Below, piece after piece: positions 18,044 through 29,700 of a stretch of 64,000 bases of DNA. The position numbers and the translations under genes were made by a program. The stretch is taken from IMG/VR virus record IMGVR_UViG_3300023174_000052, positions 64,001 through 128,000 of that record, one strand, 5' to 3'. The DNA comes from a virus. The notes beneath the pieces are model-generated. The model was not told the origin of the DNA. It did no database searches and saw nothing but the letters and a program-made list of their open reading frames with translations. The stretch's first letter is position 1, and every line of letters begins with the position of its first letter.

Positions 18044-18616
18044 TTATTCAGCTCGACCGAGAACCCATTGCCTTGCGTGTAATAATAGTAAGCCAAGCGA
18101 TGGTTCCGCACCGGCGTAAAACTTCGCTTCATCACGATGCACCCCGCCAGATATTGCGATGGCTGTCCATTCATCAAGAGACATAGAAATTCCTGATGTC
18201 TGTAATAAATAAAGACTGCGATGAGAGACAGGCATTTTAGGCAGCGACTCGTTGTGTCGATACATGATTCCACGCTTGATGTGCCAATCTGAATCTTGCG
18301 GGACCAATAGGTCTCGTGTCTCATCTCCCATTAATCCCACGGCGTGAAACAGTCCTGTAAATACAACACGTTCCATTGGAATTTGTAATTCAAAAATCTT
18401 ATGCATCGAGCGCATTTTAGATGTTACATTTAAAGCAAGATCTAAAAATCCACCGGGATATGCGCCAAAGTAAACTTGTTCAGTCGAAGCGGGACACTCT
18501 ATCAATCTTGTCCCGTAGGCTTCTATGAAATCAAGAGCTCCATGATGCGATGCATCAAGTGTTTCGACAAGCTTTTTAAATTTATTCCACTTATTTTCTA
18601 ATTCTTCGATGTTCAT
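18044..18616 (-). CDS. HD-domain-like protein with degenerate metal ligands
   Basis: CPAS..YFGAYPGGFLDLALNV / GLFHAVGLMG / HRSLYLLQ..I..SLDEWTAI match the phage HD-hydrolase layout. Confidence 0.65.
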   Translation of the reverse strand: MNIEELENKWNKFKKLVETLDASHHGALDFIEAYGTRLIECPASTEQVYFGAYPGGFLDLALNVTSKMRSMHKIFELQIPMERVVFTGLFHAVGLMGDETRDLLVPQDSDWHIKRGIMYRHNESLPKMPVSHRSLYLLQTSGISMSLDEWTAIAISGGVHRDEAKFYAGAEPSLGLLLLHARQWVLGRAE

Positions 18617-18647
18617 AAATGAATATTATAACTGTAAAAGACTTTTT

Positions 18648-19208
18648 TTATGATGCAACAGTAATAATAACAGTCTTTTGTCTAATCTCTACTTTATCTC
18701 CCTTACTTTCGTCCCACGTTATCTTTTGATGACTGTTGGAAGTCGCCATCGCGTACAATATAGAACTCACTATTGATCCACAAGTTCTAGGACTAACTGC
18801 GACTACTGCGTTTTTTCCATTATCGCAAGCGTATTCTATTATTCTTAATAGAATCGTTTTATCTGTGACTCTTGCCGAGTCAAAAAGATATTGAAAATAC
18901 ATGTCACCATCTATTTTCGAAGTAATGATTTTATTAAAAATTGCAGCGATTGTGCTTTGTTTATCACCACCCGGTCTTTCATCTAAAACATTCAACACCT
19001 GTAACAACGAATCAGGATCGCTTTTCGCTAGACCGCTAACATCTTTCGCGAGTTTAGATAATTTACCGGATCCTGCTCGACGGGTGACAGTTCGTCTTTC
19101 ATCGCCAGAATCATCTTTTTCAGATATATCAAGTAATTCCTGAAGGGTTCTTCTTGACACGACCAAAGGCAAGTCGCTATAGATTTCATTATTTTTAAAA
19201 TTGCGCAT
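18648..19208 (-). CDS. hypothetical protein (186 aa)
   Basis: ORF fills the intergenic space in the operon orientation. Confidence 0.65.
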   Translation of the reverse strand: MRNFKNNEIYSDLPLVVSRRTLQELLDISEKDDSGDERRTVTRRAGSGKLSKLAKDVSGLAKSDPDSLLQVLNVLDERPGGDKQSTIAAIFNKIITSKIDGDMYFQYLFDSARVTDKTILLRIIEYACDNGKNAVVAVSPRTCGSIVSSILYAMATSNSHQKITWDESKGDKVEIRQKTVIITVAS

Positions 19209-19212
19209 ATGA

Positions 19213-20346
19213 TTAATTATGTTCGTTGAACAAGCTTAATCCAAGATAAAATCTACCCATTGGTTCAATGTCGACGTATAGATCATCTTTCGAAAGTTCT
19301 TCGTAAGTTTCTCGTGAACATTCGAATACCAAACTATCGTGAATCATAAAATAAGGCGTGATATTTTTGGATTCAACAAAGTTTGAAAATCCCAACAACG
19401 CGACATCTACTGCGGTAGATTGCACGAAATGTGATAATCTCAAACGATCATCTTCAGGAAATAACGGTCGGCCGTAAAGATTGAACAGCGCATCATTGTT
19501 AAGATATTTTTCTGTCACTTTATCAATAGAAAAAAATCTTGAAACTTTCTTAGAAATTGCAGGATCAGTTTTGCTGCTTCCGTAAAGCGAAGAGATCGTC
19601 GCTATTTTTAATTTAGCTCGTGAAATATCACCACCAATCTCTTCTCCCATTTTTGTGTAAATGTCTCTTGGAGCTTCACCACGTGCCAATAAATAAATGA
19701 CTCTCGGTTCAAGAGAAACAAAATCGACTTGCGCCAAAACATTTCTATGTTTTTTTGGAACAAAGAAACGCCTATCCTCTTTTGACAAAAGCAAAACCTT
19801 TGGTCCTTTCATTACCGTCATTCTTCCTGTTTGTGAAGAATGAGAATAACGAACGACTTCGCACGTTCCGTCTTGTCCAGGTAAAAGAGAGTTTAAATTA
19901 GAAGATTCTCTTGCTTTAAGTTCATTTAATAACGAAGGTTTATCGATGTGTATTCTTTCGAATGAACCAAGTACTTTTCGACCTTTGATTAAGGTTTTAA
20001 AATATTTTTTTGTATCTTTTTCTTGAATTTCTTTTGAAATCTCTCGTAATTTCGAGTTAATGATAGAGACAAAGCGATTTTTTCCGAGTGCTCTCATCCA
20101 ATTGATATCATCTCCATAAATTTGAGCATATGAATTTATCAAGGATTCGTGCACGAATGCGTCGACTTTCATACCGAGAGAACCTGAAATGTCCAGTAGT
20201 TCGCCTTGCTTGAAGGCTTTAGATCCATATACGATGTCTTCTTCGTTAGGGTCGTGACACGTCCTAATTCTACCGTCTTCGTAGAGAGCAAAATCGCTAG
20301 AGAACCCGGTCATATCTCGACTAATAATTACTTTTCTATCAAGCAT
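19213..20346 (-). CDS. minimal family-A DNA polymerase-like protein (377 aa)
   Basis: TGRM, motif A DFVSLEPR, motif B RAKLKIATISSLYG, QSTAVD, motif C IHDSLVFE. Confidence 0.8.
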   Translation of the reverse strand: MLDRKVIISRDMTGFSSDFALYEDGRIRTCHDPNEEDIVYGSKAFKQGELLDISGSLGMKVDAFVHESLINSYAQIYGDDINWMRALGKNRFVSIINSKLREISKEIQEKDTKKYFKTLIKGRKVLGSFERIHIDKPSLLNELKARESSNLNSLLPGQDGTCEVVRYSHSSQTGRMTVMKGPKVLLLSKEDRRFFVPKKHRNVLAQVDFVSLEPRVIYLLARGEAPRDIYTKMGEEIGGDISRAKLKIATISSLYGSSKTDPAISKKVSRFFSIDKVTEKYLNNDALFNLYGRPLFPEDDRLRLSHFVQSTAVDVALLGFSNFVESKNITPYFMIHDSLVFECSRETYEELSKDDLYVDIEPMGRFYLGLSLFNEHN

Positions 20347-20352
20347 ATCGTA

Positions 20353-20381
20353 ATGATATTCATTAAATAAATAATTTTTAA
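20353..20381 (-). promoter_or_regulatory. sigma70-like promoter, probably leaderless mRNA
   Basis: TTAAAA-N17-TATCAT, 6 nt before the ATG; no SD. Confidence 0.55.
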
Positions 20382-20416
20382 ATCTTAAAAATAATAATTT
20401 TAGATATTGTTTTAGA

Positions 20417-23400
20417 TTAATCTATGCCTTGTAAAATTTGCGCCGCACGTCGAGCGAAATCATCTAGGTTGATTACTATAGTACCGTTAGCATGTCCCGG
20501 TTCTCCAATATTCTTGAGAGCTTGTATAACATTATAACCACTAGCTAATTTTGAAGATGGATTAAGAACTGCTACTTGTTTTTTACCAGACATGTCTATA
20601 TGCGCGTCGAATGTTATTACGCAATATTTCGGATCCAGAGATTCAGAATATCGTAACGCATTTGATTTAGCATTTTCTCCGATATAGTATCCAGTACCTG
20701 AACAATCTTCTTCGTTAATTATTATAGCGAATTCAAATTTTTGGGTTGAATCTTTCTTTTTGTTCCTAATCATATACATCGCGATTTCATCGATTGCTGT
20801 CGTGAAACCAGTAACTTTAAAGAATAATTTTTCATCCCGCATTTCTTGATCATCGAGTAGTGAAGAATTAGATCTTGAATAATCACTCGTTATATTTTGA
20901 CCTTGTTCGATAGCTGCGTTTTTGAACAGGGTCGAAGCCGTTCGAATTTTTTTCTCAGGCGAAGAGTATTTCGCAAAAGAATCGGTGAATGTTAATTTAA
21001 CCGATGTTGTAAATGACCCTTGATCAAGTTTGTGATCTATACCTGTTACGCTATACGTATTATCTGCCGTTGTTCCTGTTCCAAAGTCGATAAAAAATTG
21101 TTGTCCGTATGATAACAATGGACAACCCATCATCTCTATTGAACACTCAGTAGGAGCAACTTGCATAGGGAGCCCTCTTTGAGATGTAATGTCCGGAACT
21201 GTCGAATCCGTTTTATCCATGCGAAGCATGTTTACCGTAGTTAAAGCAGGATCTGACATCGAACTAAGACCGATGTTATTTATCGTTCCACCTTCTCTAC
21301 CATATTTTATTGTAGGTATACCTTGTGAAATAAATTTTTTAGTTTTATTAATAGATTTATTTTTTAGTAAATTACCCGTGTCTATCGTTACCTCTGATTC
21401 TACTCCCATGCCTTGAGCATTAACTCTTCTTTCTAGATTCGCTATTACTCCCTTGTCTATAAGTCGTTGTAGAATATCTTTCCTACTTGTTTCTATTTCT
21501 GATGCGTTTAATTCTGGCGCTAGCGTCAAAATTGGATGTCTAGGGTCATTTGTGAAACCGAAAGAACTAATGTCGATACTATTCGCCGAGCGTAATAAAT
21601 CAGCAAGCGTACTAAAATTCGAACAAGTTTCATCTATAACGTGCATCCTCAAGATACTTCTTTCAGGATTGTCCTTGTCCTTTACGCACTCTGGCATTAC
21701 GGTTAGTTTTGGTATTTTAAATACTCCGTCTTTTATTCCAGCAGCTTCGATGACAGCGTCTTGTTTCGCGTATTGTTTTGATTGAAAATCTTCTTTTGTT
21801 TCTTTTGAAGCATCTTCGGCGGGTTCTTTTCTTTTATATTCTCCTGTTTCTTTATCGACATCATAAAGAAAGTTAAAGCCGTAAGCATGTGAAGCATTGT
21901 TACCGACGAATCTACTATTAAGCATTCCTATGAATTGCATTATGTTGACTTTTACGTTTTTTGACATAATATCGACTAATTCTTTTTTTAATGCTTCGTA
22001 TGGTATCGGAAACTTAGCTATCGATAAATCTCTCATAAAAGTACATTTATCATTAAACGTATGAAACAAGAAGTGCACTTCGTCATAGTTTCCCGAATTT
22101 ATCAGAGGTTTTCCTACGAAAGATAAAAGCACTCTACCCAACGATATAGGGTTATTTAAAACTTGACTTTTGATTTCTTTTGATACATTAGTACCATCGA
22201 ACAAGCTAATCGGTGCAGAAGGATCCTTAAGTTGAATGTCTGCGCATGGGAATATTTCTACTCCGATAGACAAGGATTTTAATTCGGCGTCGATAGCTTC
22301 GGCTGCAGATTGTTTGTATTTTTCTTTTGCGCTATCTGTCGAACCAAATAAATTGTCAAGTTTATCGGCCAATTGTTTGTCGTTTGGATTCGACGCATTC
22401 TTTTTTATAGATGAGATCTTCTTTTTTAACTCTTCAAGTTTTTCGCCGTCGATCGCAAGAGCAGCAGAAGCAGTGCCCACGGCAGACATCACAACATCTC
22501 CGAAAATTTTCTCGAATCTTTCGCCGTCAATTGTTTTTGCGCTCTTTATTAATTCTCCGATTTCTTCTAAAATAGTCTGCAATTCCTGAGCGGCATCTGA
22601 TGATCCACATCTCGAAATATCTAAAGATATAATATCATTTGCTCCTTTCATTGCAAGAGTTAATGAAACTCCTACTTGTCCAGCTTCTTCGAAATTAAAA
22701 GAAGAGTTAACAACTGTATATTTTTCTCTAACTTTCATCGAATTTAAAAAAGATCCGATAGGATTTTTAAATGAGGCAATACCCGAATTATTTTGATAAC
22801 TCGCTGACGATTTATCAGACGCAGGATTTGACCAACCATACTCTATATCGATATCGGCTTTCGTGTAAAGACCAGGTTTAACGAAATAAGCTATTTCTCC
22901 TAAACGCGAACGATCGTGTAATACAAGTTCTAATTTTGCTGTTTTATAACTCATAAATCCTTTTGTCGACGCGACATTAAAGGATACATTTTTAAGAGTC
23001 ATAAGAGGCCTGAACCTATCTAACACTGCTGGGATATTATTCGTCTTACCTGTTTGACCTCTTCCCTCTTCTCTAAACACGGCGCTATTTCTTTCTGGTA
23101 CTAAGGTCTGCGGGCTGGTGAATAATTCCATTCCAGCTGTTACGGGTCGATTATTTTTATCAAACGATAGTATTGTGTCGTATCCTGCTTTAGACACTGC
23201 TTCGCCGCGGCCAATTAAAAAAGACATTAAAGAAAGCCCGTCGTATGTAGGAGCATCAGTCTCTGCTGATCCTGTCGATTTTATTTTAATGTTAACGTAA
23301 GGAACACATCTCGACATTTCAAGTGTAGTTACTAGCGATGTGAATATACCGACTGATGGTGTATCTCGACTGCCCAATCCGAATCTCGGATTCATAAATT

Positions 23401-23926
23401 CGATAGCGTAAAGTCCGCTAGTGCTTTCGTCAGTATTCGATTGCTTATTCAAAAAAACGATACCCCCAGCAGCTAGGCTGAGTTCCGTTTCAATGTTTGT
23501 AGAATAATCTATGTTATAATTTGATAATTCATTAACGTAACATAAACTTTTATGAAAAGGAACTGTAGAAGTACTTCTTTTGTGAGGTTTGGTTTGATCA
23601 CCCGGCAAAGTTATTCTTATAAATTTTCTGATGCTATCTTCTATAATCGCTTGTTTTTCGATGTCAAATTCCCCAGGGTCCGACGGTTCAATAAGGTTAT
23701 CTAATTTATTAATGAAATTTTGTATGCTTATGCCGCCTTCTACGATTTCGTATAAATCGGACGAGACGTCTTTAATTACACTATTAACAGGCGCGCGGTC
23801 GCCCGCAGATGACAAAGGATCGATTCCTTTTTCTAGTAGTTCGGCTGTTAAAGCGTGACGATCACTAGCTTCAATATACGGAGCTAATAATTTTGCAGCG
23901 TCTGTAAGTTCTCTTGAAATTGACAT
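20417..23926 (-). CDS. large baseplate hub / tail protein (1169 aa)
   Basis: IEYGWS and SIEMMGCPLLSYGQQFFIDFGTGTTADNTYSVTGIDHKL..SFTTSVKL (hub/gpD-type ending); lies after the TMP and LysM-like genes. Confidence 0.65.
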   Translation of the reverse strand: MSISRELTDAAKLLAPYIEASDRHALTAELLEKGIDPLSSAGDRAPVNSVIKDVSSDLYEIVEGGISIQNFINKLDNLIEPSDPGEFDIEKQAIIEDSIRKFIRITLPGDQTKPHKRSTSTVPFHKSLCYVNELSNYNIDYSTNIETELSLAAGGIVFLNKQSNTDESTSGLYAIEFMNPRFGLGSRDTPSVGIFTSLVTTLEMSRCVPYVNIKIKSTGSAETDAPTYDGLSLMSFLIGRGEAVSKAGYDTILSFDKNNRPVTAGMELFTSPQTLVPERNSAVFREEGRGQTGKTNNIPAVLDRFRPLMTLKNVSFNVASTKGFMSYKTAKLELVLHDRSRLGEIAYFVKPGLYTKADIDIEYGWSNPASDKSSASYQNNSGIASFKNPIGSFLNSMKVREKYTVVNSSFNFEEAGQVGVSLTLAMKGANDIISLDISRCGSSDAAQELQTILEEIGELIKSAKTIDGERFEKIFGDVVMSAVGTASAALAIDGEKLEELKKKISSIKKNASNPNDKQLADKLDNLFGSTDSAKEKYKQSAAEAIDAELKSLSIGVEIFPCADIQLKDPSAPISLFDGTNVSKEIKSQVLNNPISLGRVLLSFVGKPLINSGNYDEVHFLFHTFNDKCTFMRDLSIAKFPIPYEALKKELVDIMSKNVKVNIMQFIGMLNSRFVGNNASHAYGFNFLYDVDKETGEYKRKEPAEDASKETKEDFQSKQYAKQDAVIEAAGIKDGVFKIPKLTVMPECVKDKDNPERSILRMHVIDETCSNFSTLADLLRSANSIDISSFGFTNDPRHPILTLAPELNASEIETSRKDILQRLIDKGVIANLERRVNAQGMGVESEVTIDTGNLLKNKSINKTKKFISQGIPTIKYGREGGTINNIGLSSMSDPALTTVNMLRMDKTDSTVPDITSQRGLPMQVAPTECSIEMMGCPLLSYGQQFFIDFGTGTTADNTYSVTGIDHKLDQGSFTTSVKLTFTDSFAKYSSPEKKIRTASTLFKNAAIEQGQNITSDYSRSNSSLLDDQEMRDEKLFFKVTGFTTAIDEIAMYMIRNKKKDSTQKFEFAIIINEEDCSGTGYYIGENAKSNALRYSESLDPKYCVITFDAHIDMSGKKQVAVLNPSSKLASGYNVIQALKNIGEPGHANGTIVINLDDFARRAAQILQGID

Positions 23927-24210
23927 TAAATAAACTTCCCTACATCGTCTAGTTTAGGGATTTTAATCAAAATACCTGGTGGTATTTGCATGCCCCATCC
24001 GATATTCGAAGCGGCTGCAATGATCCACCACAAGGAAGAATCTCCGTATTCTATTCCCGCTAAAACGTCTAGACGTTGTGTCTCTGTCATAATTTGTTCG
24101 CTACATTTTATAGCACCTGATGATATCGCTTTTCTAATATTATAAACTGTTTCACTCGTGCCGTATCTTGTTCCACCTGACATGAGTGGCGAGCTAGCGT
24201 ATCGTCTCAT
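23926..24210 (-). CDS. LysM-like baseplate wedge / tail protein X
   Basis: RLDVLAGIEYGDSSLWWIIAAASNI...PGILIKIP. Confidence 0.85.
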   Translation of the reverse strand: MRRYASSPLMSGGTRYGTSETVYNIRKAISSGAIKCSEQIMTETQRLDVLAGIEYGDSSLWWIIAAASNIGWGMQIPPGILIKIPKLDDVGKFI

Positions 24211-26651
24211 AATATCCTCTTGATGCTCTTGCCCAAATAGCCGTTAATAACGTCTTCTGCTGCTTCTGCGAATCTTTGTCCACGTGTTTGCGTCGTGGCC
24301 ACCGCGTCGACGCGATCTTTCTTCGACTGTTCATCAAGCTCAGGGAAAAAAGCTTCTCTAACTGTCTCGCCGACAGGATACGGCACAGCGCGTGGCATAC
24401 CATCATAATCGAGACCCATCGGAAGATCATGTATAGGACTAAATTGTAAACTAACCTTACAATAAATCGGAGCTCGACTTCCTTGTGAAGTTTCCCAAGG
24501 CGCTTCTGCCCAATCGAAACCAATCGATCTTATGCTTCCTGCTAAACCTCGTCCTGATGTTTCTTCGAAACTTCTGACGATAGCGTTTCCACCCCTTTCA
24601 TCATTATTATCATTTTTCGTGATAAAATAATTACCCGGTGTTCCGAAATGTTTCGATATCGAGTCAGCAGCATCAAGTCTGGGCAACGTATTTGTTCTAT
24701 CAACGCGAGAATTAACTACCTGTGTTCTCGCGCGCTCGACTCGCGCATCCAATACGCTAAGTGTAGGTTCGTCCGTAGCATCCGTGTTCTCACGGTCGTA
24801 TACAGCGTCTAGATATACTTGTTGTGCTTCTTGATAATCCATTTCTGTATACGCGGGTCGTTGAGATTCTTGTCGTTCTATACCATATAAATTCTCTGCA
24901 TTAACCGCGACGTATTCGACATTCGCAGCTCGACTACCCGAAGATACCAACGAAGCTGCCAGCGTATCGACACGCATTTTTTTATCTAATTTCACTACGA
25001 CTATAACCGTTCCATCTCTTCGCTTTTTACCATCAGTAACAGTACCTGTCGTTCCTCTTTTGATCGTGATCGTAGAGTGCAAACCGGCTAGTGGATTTAT
25101 AAAATTTATTCCTTGTTTGCAAGTTACAGTGCTAGCAAACACGACGGGTATATCTTCGACAGTTCCATTTACAGGATTCAATAGCATTCCTTCTACACCT
25201 ACGTCAAGAGACATGCCACTTCGTTCTAACGATCCTATAAAATCGTCTAAATTTTTTAATCTTACAACCGCTCCCGATTCTTGTTCAGTTGTTGTATTTG
25301 GTAATTCAAAGGTGCTAGGAAATATATCATTATTACCCAAACCAAAATTACGAGCCAAATTGAATCTTGAATAGTTACTCGCAATTAAATCGCCAACTCT
25401 TAATCTAACGAGTGGAGAAGAAGTTATAACTTGAGAAAATGGTTGTATGACCTTTTGACCATTTAATTCTATTTCTTCGCCCTTTGACCACTGCGGGTAT
25501 ATCATTGTCACTAATCTATTGATCGTCCACCACACTCGATCGAAATCCTTCTCCGACGTCGCGACAATCATAAAATCTACGCCGATAGATCTCGTTGTAC
25601 CTTTATAAACCTGCACAGCGTCCATGCGACCGTAACCCTCGGTATCGTTCCAGTTCGCGTTGTAAGAATCGGAGACATTTTCTACGAACGCATGAAAATT
25701 TAAAAATTCATTTGTTCTAAGATCTTGTATATAAAAAGGAACATATTGCGCTTCCAAAACTCTTTCTATTTCTTTTACTTCTTCTTTACTAAAAGAACTT
25801 TTACTAGAAGCGCCATTTAATTTTGATTTAACCTGCGCCAATTTGCTTCCATTGTATCCGTGATAATCATTTAAAGCCCGTTGAAAACTTTCGGGCATTA
25901 AAACGGGCGCTAAATTTGCAGCGAGTCTATGCGAAATAGATTGTTGATTACTTCCTTTATAAGCTTTCGATCTAGACTGCCACGTAGAAGCATCTTGCGC
26001 AAGAATAGTATTAGCAGTAACTTTATCATTGTCGTCGATATTCGATACATCAATAGACTTATATTTAGAACCTTCTATCGGATTAGACATTTTTGTGAAG
26101 CGATTCTTAGGGAGTCGTATCTCTATTTCAGCCTGCATGGCTAGAGATATGGGGTTAAATTCAGGAATAAAATCGCCCGGGTCGCCCGTTGTTAAATTAG
26201 TAATAATATCGACAGGATCTGGTAGTACGTCTTGGACTGTCAAGACATCCTTCAACATCGACGCTCGTTGTTTTCGTTTTTTCGCCGTGTCGTTACCACC
26301 AACGTTCATAAGCTTATTAGTAACAAGCATATTCTTTGGAAAGTTCCACTTTGCCATTTGAGATTCGGTCGCATATTTTTTTACGTCAGTATTTCCATCA
26401 GCGTCCGGTTCTTCTTGTGTAGGTAGCGGTTGCGCATTGCCCACAGGAGGCGAATACGTAGGATCTCCGATCGGACTAGTCGTTATTAAATGGACTAAAG
26501 TTGTCGGATCGTCAGGAGCAGGTATTTTAACGTTATGCTCAGATTCGCCTAGTGTTCTACGACCAAGATAGTCTCCTAATCTTCTCTTCGTTTCTTCAGG
26601 GAAATCGCCTGTCTCTCTATCGACTTTTAAAAATCTTGAATCTATTGGCAT
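24207..26651 (-). CDS. baseplate / tail-tube initiator-like protein (814 aa)
   Basis: FHAFVENVSDSYNANW....YGRMDAVQVYKGTTRSIGVDF...SPLVRLRVGDL; follows the TMP. Confidence 0.7.
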   Translation of the reverse strand: MPIDSRFLKVDRETGDFPEETKRRLGDYLGRRTLGESEHNVKIPAPDDPTTLVHLITTSPIGDPTYSPPVGNAQPLPTQEEPDADGNTDVKKYATESQMAKWNFPKNMLVTNKLMNVGGNDTAKKRKQRASMLKDVLTVQDVLPDPVDIITNLTTGDPGDFIPEFNPISLAMQAEIEIRLPKNRFTKMSNPIEGSKYKSIDVSNIDDNDKVTANTILAQDASTWQSRSKAYKGSNQQSISHRLAANLAPVLMPESFQRALNDYHGYNGSKLAQVKSKLNGASSKSSFSKEEVKEIERVLEAQYVPFYIQDLRTNEFLNFHAFVENVSDSYNANWNDTEGYGRMDAVQVYKGTTRSIGVDFMIVATSEKDFDRVWWTINRLVTMIYPQWSKGEEIELNGQKVIQPFSQVITSSPLVRLRVGDLIASNYSRFNLARNFGLGNNDIFPSTFELPNTTTEQESGAVVRLKNLDDFIGSLERSGMSLDVGVEGMLLNPVNGTVEDIPVVFASTVTCKQGINFINPLAGLHSTITIKRGTTGTVTDGKKRRDGTVIVVVKLDKKMRVDTLAASLVSSGSRAANVEYVAVNAENLYGIERQESQRPAYTEMDYQEAQQVYLDAVYDRENTDATDEPTLSVLDARVERARTQVVNSRVDRTNTLPRLDAADSISKHFGTPGNYFITKNDNNDERGGNAIVRSFEETSGRGLAGSIRSIGFDWAEAPWETSQGSRAPIYCKVSLQFSPIHDLPMGLDYDGMPRAVPYPVGETVREAFFPELDEQSKKDRVDAVATTQTRGQRFAEAAEDVINGYLGKSIKRIL

Positions 26652-26751
26652 CGTCGTTTCCCCTATCAGAGTGAATCATATGCGTCTTCGGATCGAAAGT
26701 AACTTAGGACTATCTATGCGCTTAATAAAAGCGTCCATCATATCGTTTTGA

Positions 26752-29700
26752 TTATTTACCTTGCGCTCCAAACGCTGCGGCTATATTCTTTATAGAGGGA
26801 TCATTCGGATTCGCGTTAATCATCTTCGCTGATACGTCAAATATTTCTTTCGCGATATCGTCAGCCTTCATCGTGAGATTTAGCTGGACGTTCATTGTAA
26901 TTGGCTTTCTTTCAAGTTGTATTATACTATCTTTTATGCCTAAATTTTTTCCGATTTTTTCTACTGTAGCATCCATTTGAATGTCGCCGAGACTTTCTAA
27001 CGCCGAATTAACCGCCTTGATGTCGTCGACGATCGCCGTGACTAATGGCGCCATAGTCTTTTCTTTATATGTAGATAGCATGTCTGATACTTTGAAATAG
27101 TCGGGCATAAATCCAGCCAAATTAGCGAGAGGAGCTCGAAGACTGTCAATATTCTTTTTAATAAGGACCGCGTCTAAAGCTTTACCTTCGGATAATTTCA
27201 TTATTTCTCCCAAGGATTCGGCGACTGGTTTTATGGTCCCAATAACAGTCGCAATAGTTTGAGCTTTTTCGTTATTAAAATCGTCGGGTAATCCGTCGGC
27301 TGCGAGAACTACTGAATCGACGATGTACGGAAGCTCAGTTTTTATCGTCTCCATAATTGTTCCCATCGATTTCATAATTTGATCTATTTTATCCGTCGCT
27401 CTATTACCCATTAGGATACCACCGCCTTCAATTCCTGCTAGCGCTTGAATCGGCGATGAGATAGCAGTTACTAAACTTGCTACTGCTCCTATTGCAGAGG
27501 CAAACGCGTCGGCTTTTTCTTTATTGAAACCAGGAGGGATCAACTTTGCTGTTTTGAAAACTTCAGGAATTATATCTTGTATAGCCTTAGATAATACTGG
27601 CAATAATTGCGTAAATCTCACCATAATGAAATCAATTATTTCTGTTGCTCTATTGCCCAACGCCAAACCGCCTTTGATTCCTGCAAGAGCGCTAATCGGT
27701 TGAGTTAAAGCTCCCGCTAAATTAGCTATCTTTCCAATTACGTCTGCAACACCAACGGCCCTTGAAATAACACCTTTAGGATATTTTTGTGTATCTAATG
27801 CGATGGTCATAACAGTAGTGAGCAATCCTGTTATTTTACCTTTTATTTTTTCGAGGAATGAACCCATAGATTCTATCGCGCTAGATGCAGAATTACCCTT
27901 AAAAATTTTAGAAGCAATGTCGAGTTTTCCTGCATCGACGGCGAGAGTGCCGAGTGACGACATAGACTCGACGAGTTTACCTATTAATTCGACTTTTAAT
28001 TTTAGCTGTTCTGGGTCGGTTACATTAATGCGATCTATCGCGCTCAATCCTCTGGCAAGACTACCTGAGGTTTCTTCCATGAACTTCGCCATTAATAGAG
28101 TCGACGCGATCAATGGTATGATATATGGTCCCATAAGCGCGAAAGTTCCGCTAGCGGCGACTAATGCTCCAACTGCTGTCATGCTTACTAAAATTAATTC
28201 GAATATTTTTAAGACCTTACTAGGATCTGCTATATTCGTTCTCGTTATCAAGCTATTAATGCCTGCTGCAAGTACTGCTACACCGAATGTTAAAAACGCA
28301 ACAGCTAAAGGTAATGTAACAAGACCTAGCGCCATGGCAGGAGCTGCCGTTGCCAATGCAATGGAAGCGACAGCGATTCCAATTAATGCCCCGATTCCCG
28401 TGGCAGTAGCAGCAAACACTTTCTTGATGTCATCCCAATCAACCTCTTTGAGAACTCCTGCAGCATATGCGACTGCTTTAGAGAATACAACTATCCCTGC
28501 GGTGGTGAATATCGCGGCTAATAATAGACCGGCCATTCCTATAGTCAATGTCGCACCGCCATCAGCGACCAACGAAGCAGCTGTAAAAGCAAGAACGATC
28601 GTTGCCAATATTCCAAAACCAGTAGCAGCAAATACTTTTTTAATATCATCCCAGTCTACAGGTTTTAATATGTCGGCAGCCATTCGAACTGCGATTGAAA
28701 ACCACAAAATGCCATCGATAACGAATAACGCTGCGACAGTTAAGCCGAGTATCCCTATCAACATTTCAGGAATTGCTTCACTGAGCGCCGACGCTGCGAA
28801 TGCAAGTCCTAACGTAGCAGATATTCCAAGCGCCATTGAAATAAATACCATATTGACTTGATCCCATGATATTCCTGCAAAGAGTGCTGCCGATTCAGAG
28901 ATCGCTAAAGAAAATGCATACACAGCCCCCGATACGAACGCGGCAATAATAAGTAAATTTAATCCTGCTTTAGCAACAGTTCCGGGTTTCACATTCCCTA
29001 ATTCTTCAACAATTCCCATTACTGACTTCGCTGCTTCTCTCATTTTTTCGCTTATTGGAACAGGTTGTTTTTCTTCTCCTGGTTTTACTCCTATTGCATC
29101 TGCTATTTTACTTTTTATTTTCAATACAACGGCGCTTGATATAGCTGATATAGTCGCCTTTAATAACATAAAACCTATGTAAGCTCCGATTACAGGTACG
29201 AGTATCGGAGACAGCGCCTTAAACGCTTCAACAAACAAGTCCCACAAAGCGTGGAGAAGATCAGGGAGCACGTCCATAATTCCGTCTATTAACGGCTTCA
29301 ATAGAGAAGATCCGGCGTTCATACCTCGGATCCATGCAGCCAATTTCTTGATTATATCTGTTAGACCCGACAATAACTTCGGTAACAAAGCGATGAGCGA
29401 TTTTAATAAAAAGCTACCGAACTTCATCATGCCATCGAGAATTGTAGATCCTCTACCGTTTTTATCTCCGAATATTTTTTTAAACGCGTTCGAAATATAA
29501 TCAGTGAATTTATTTATGTATTTTTCAGGATTTTTTTGAAAATCCTTAAACGTACCATCAACTCCATTTTTAAAGTTTTTGACGTCTTTCGTTATACCAT
29601 CTAACGTTTTAGAAATATCTCTAAAGAAACCTGCGACGCCGCCTAACATCTCTTTAACACCTGGGAACGCTGTTACGAAAACGTTTCCAAGTACGCGACC

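Noticed and set aside
26676-26741. 21-aa minus-strand ORF (MMDAFIKRIDSPKLLSIRRRI) after the tape measure gene
   Set aside because: No SD or recognisable motif; cannot be supported.
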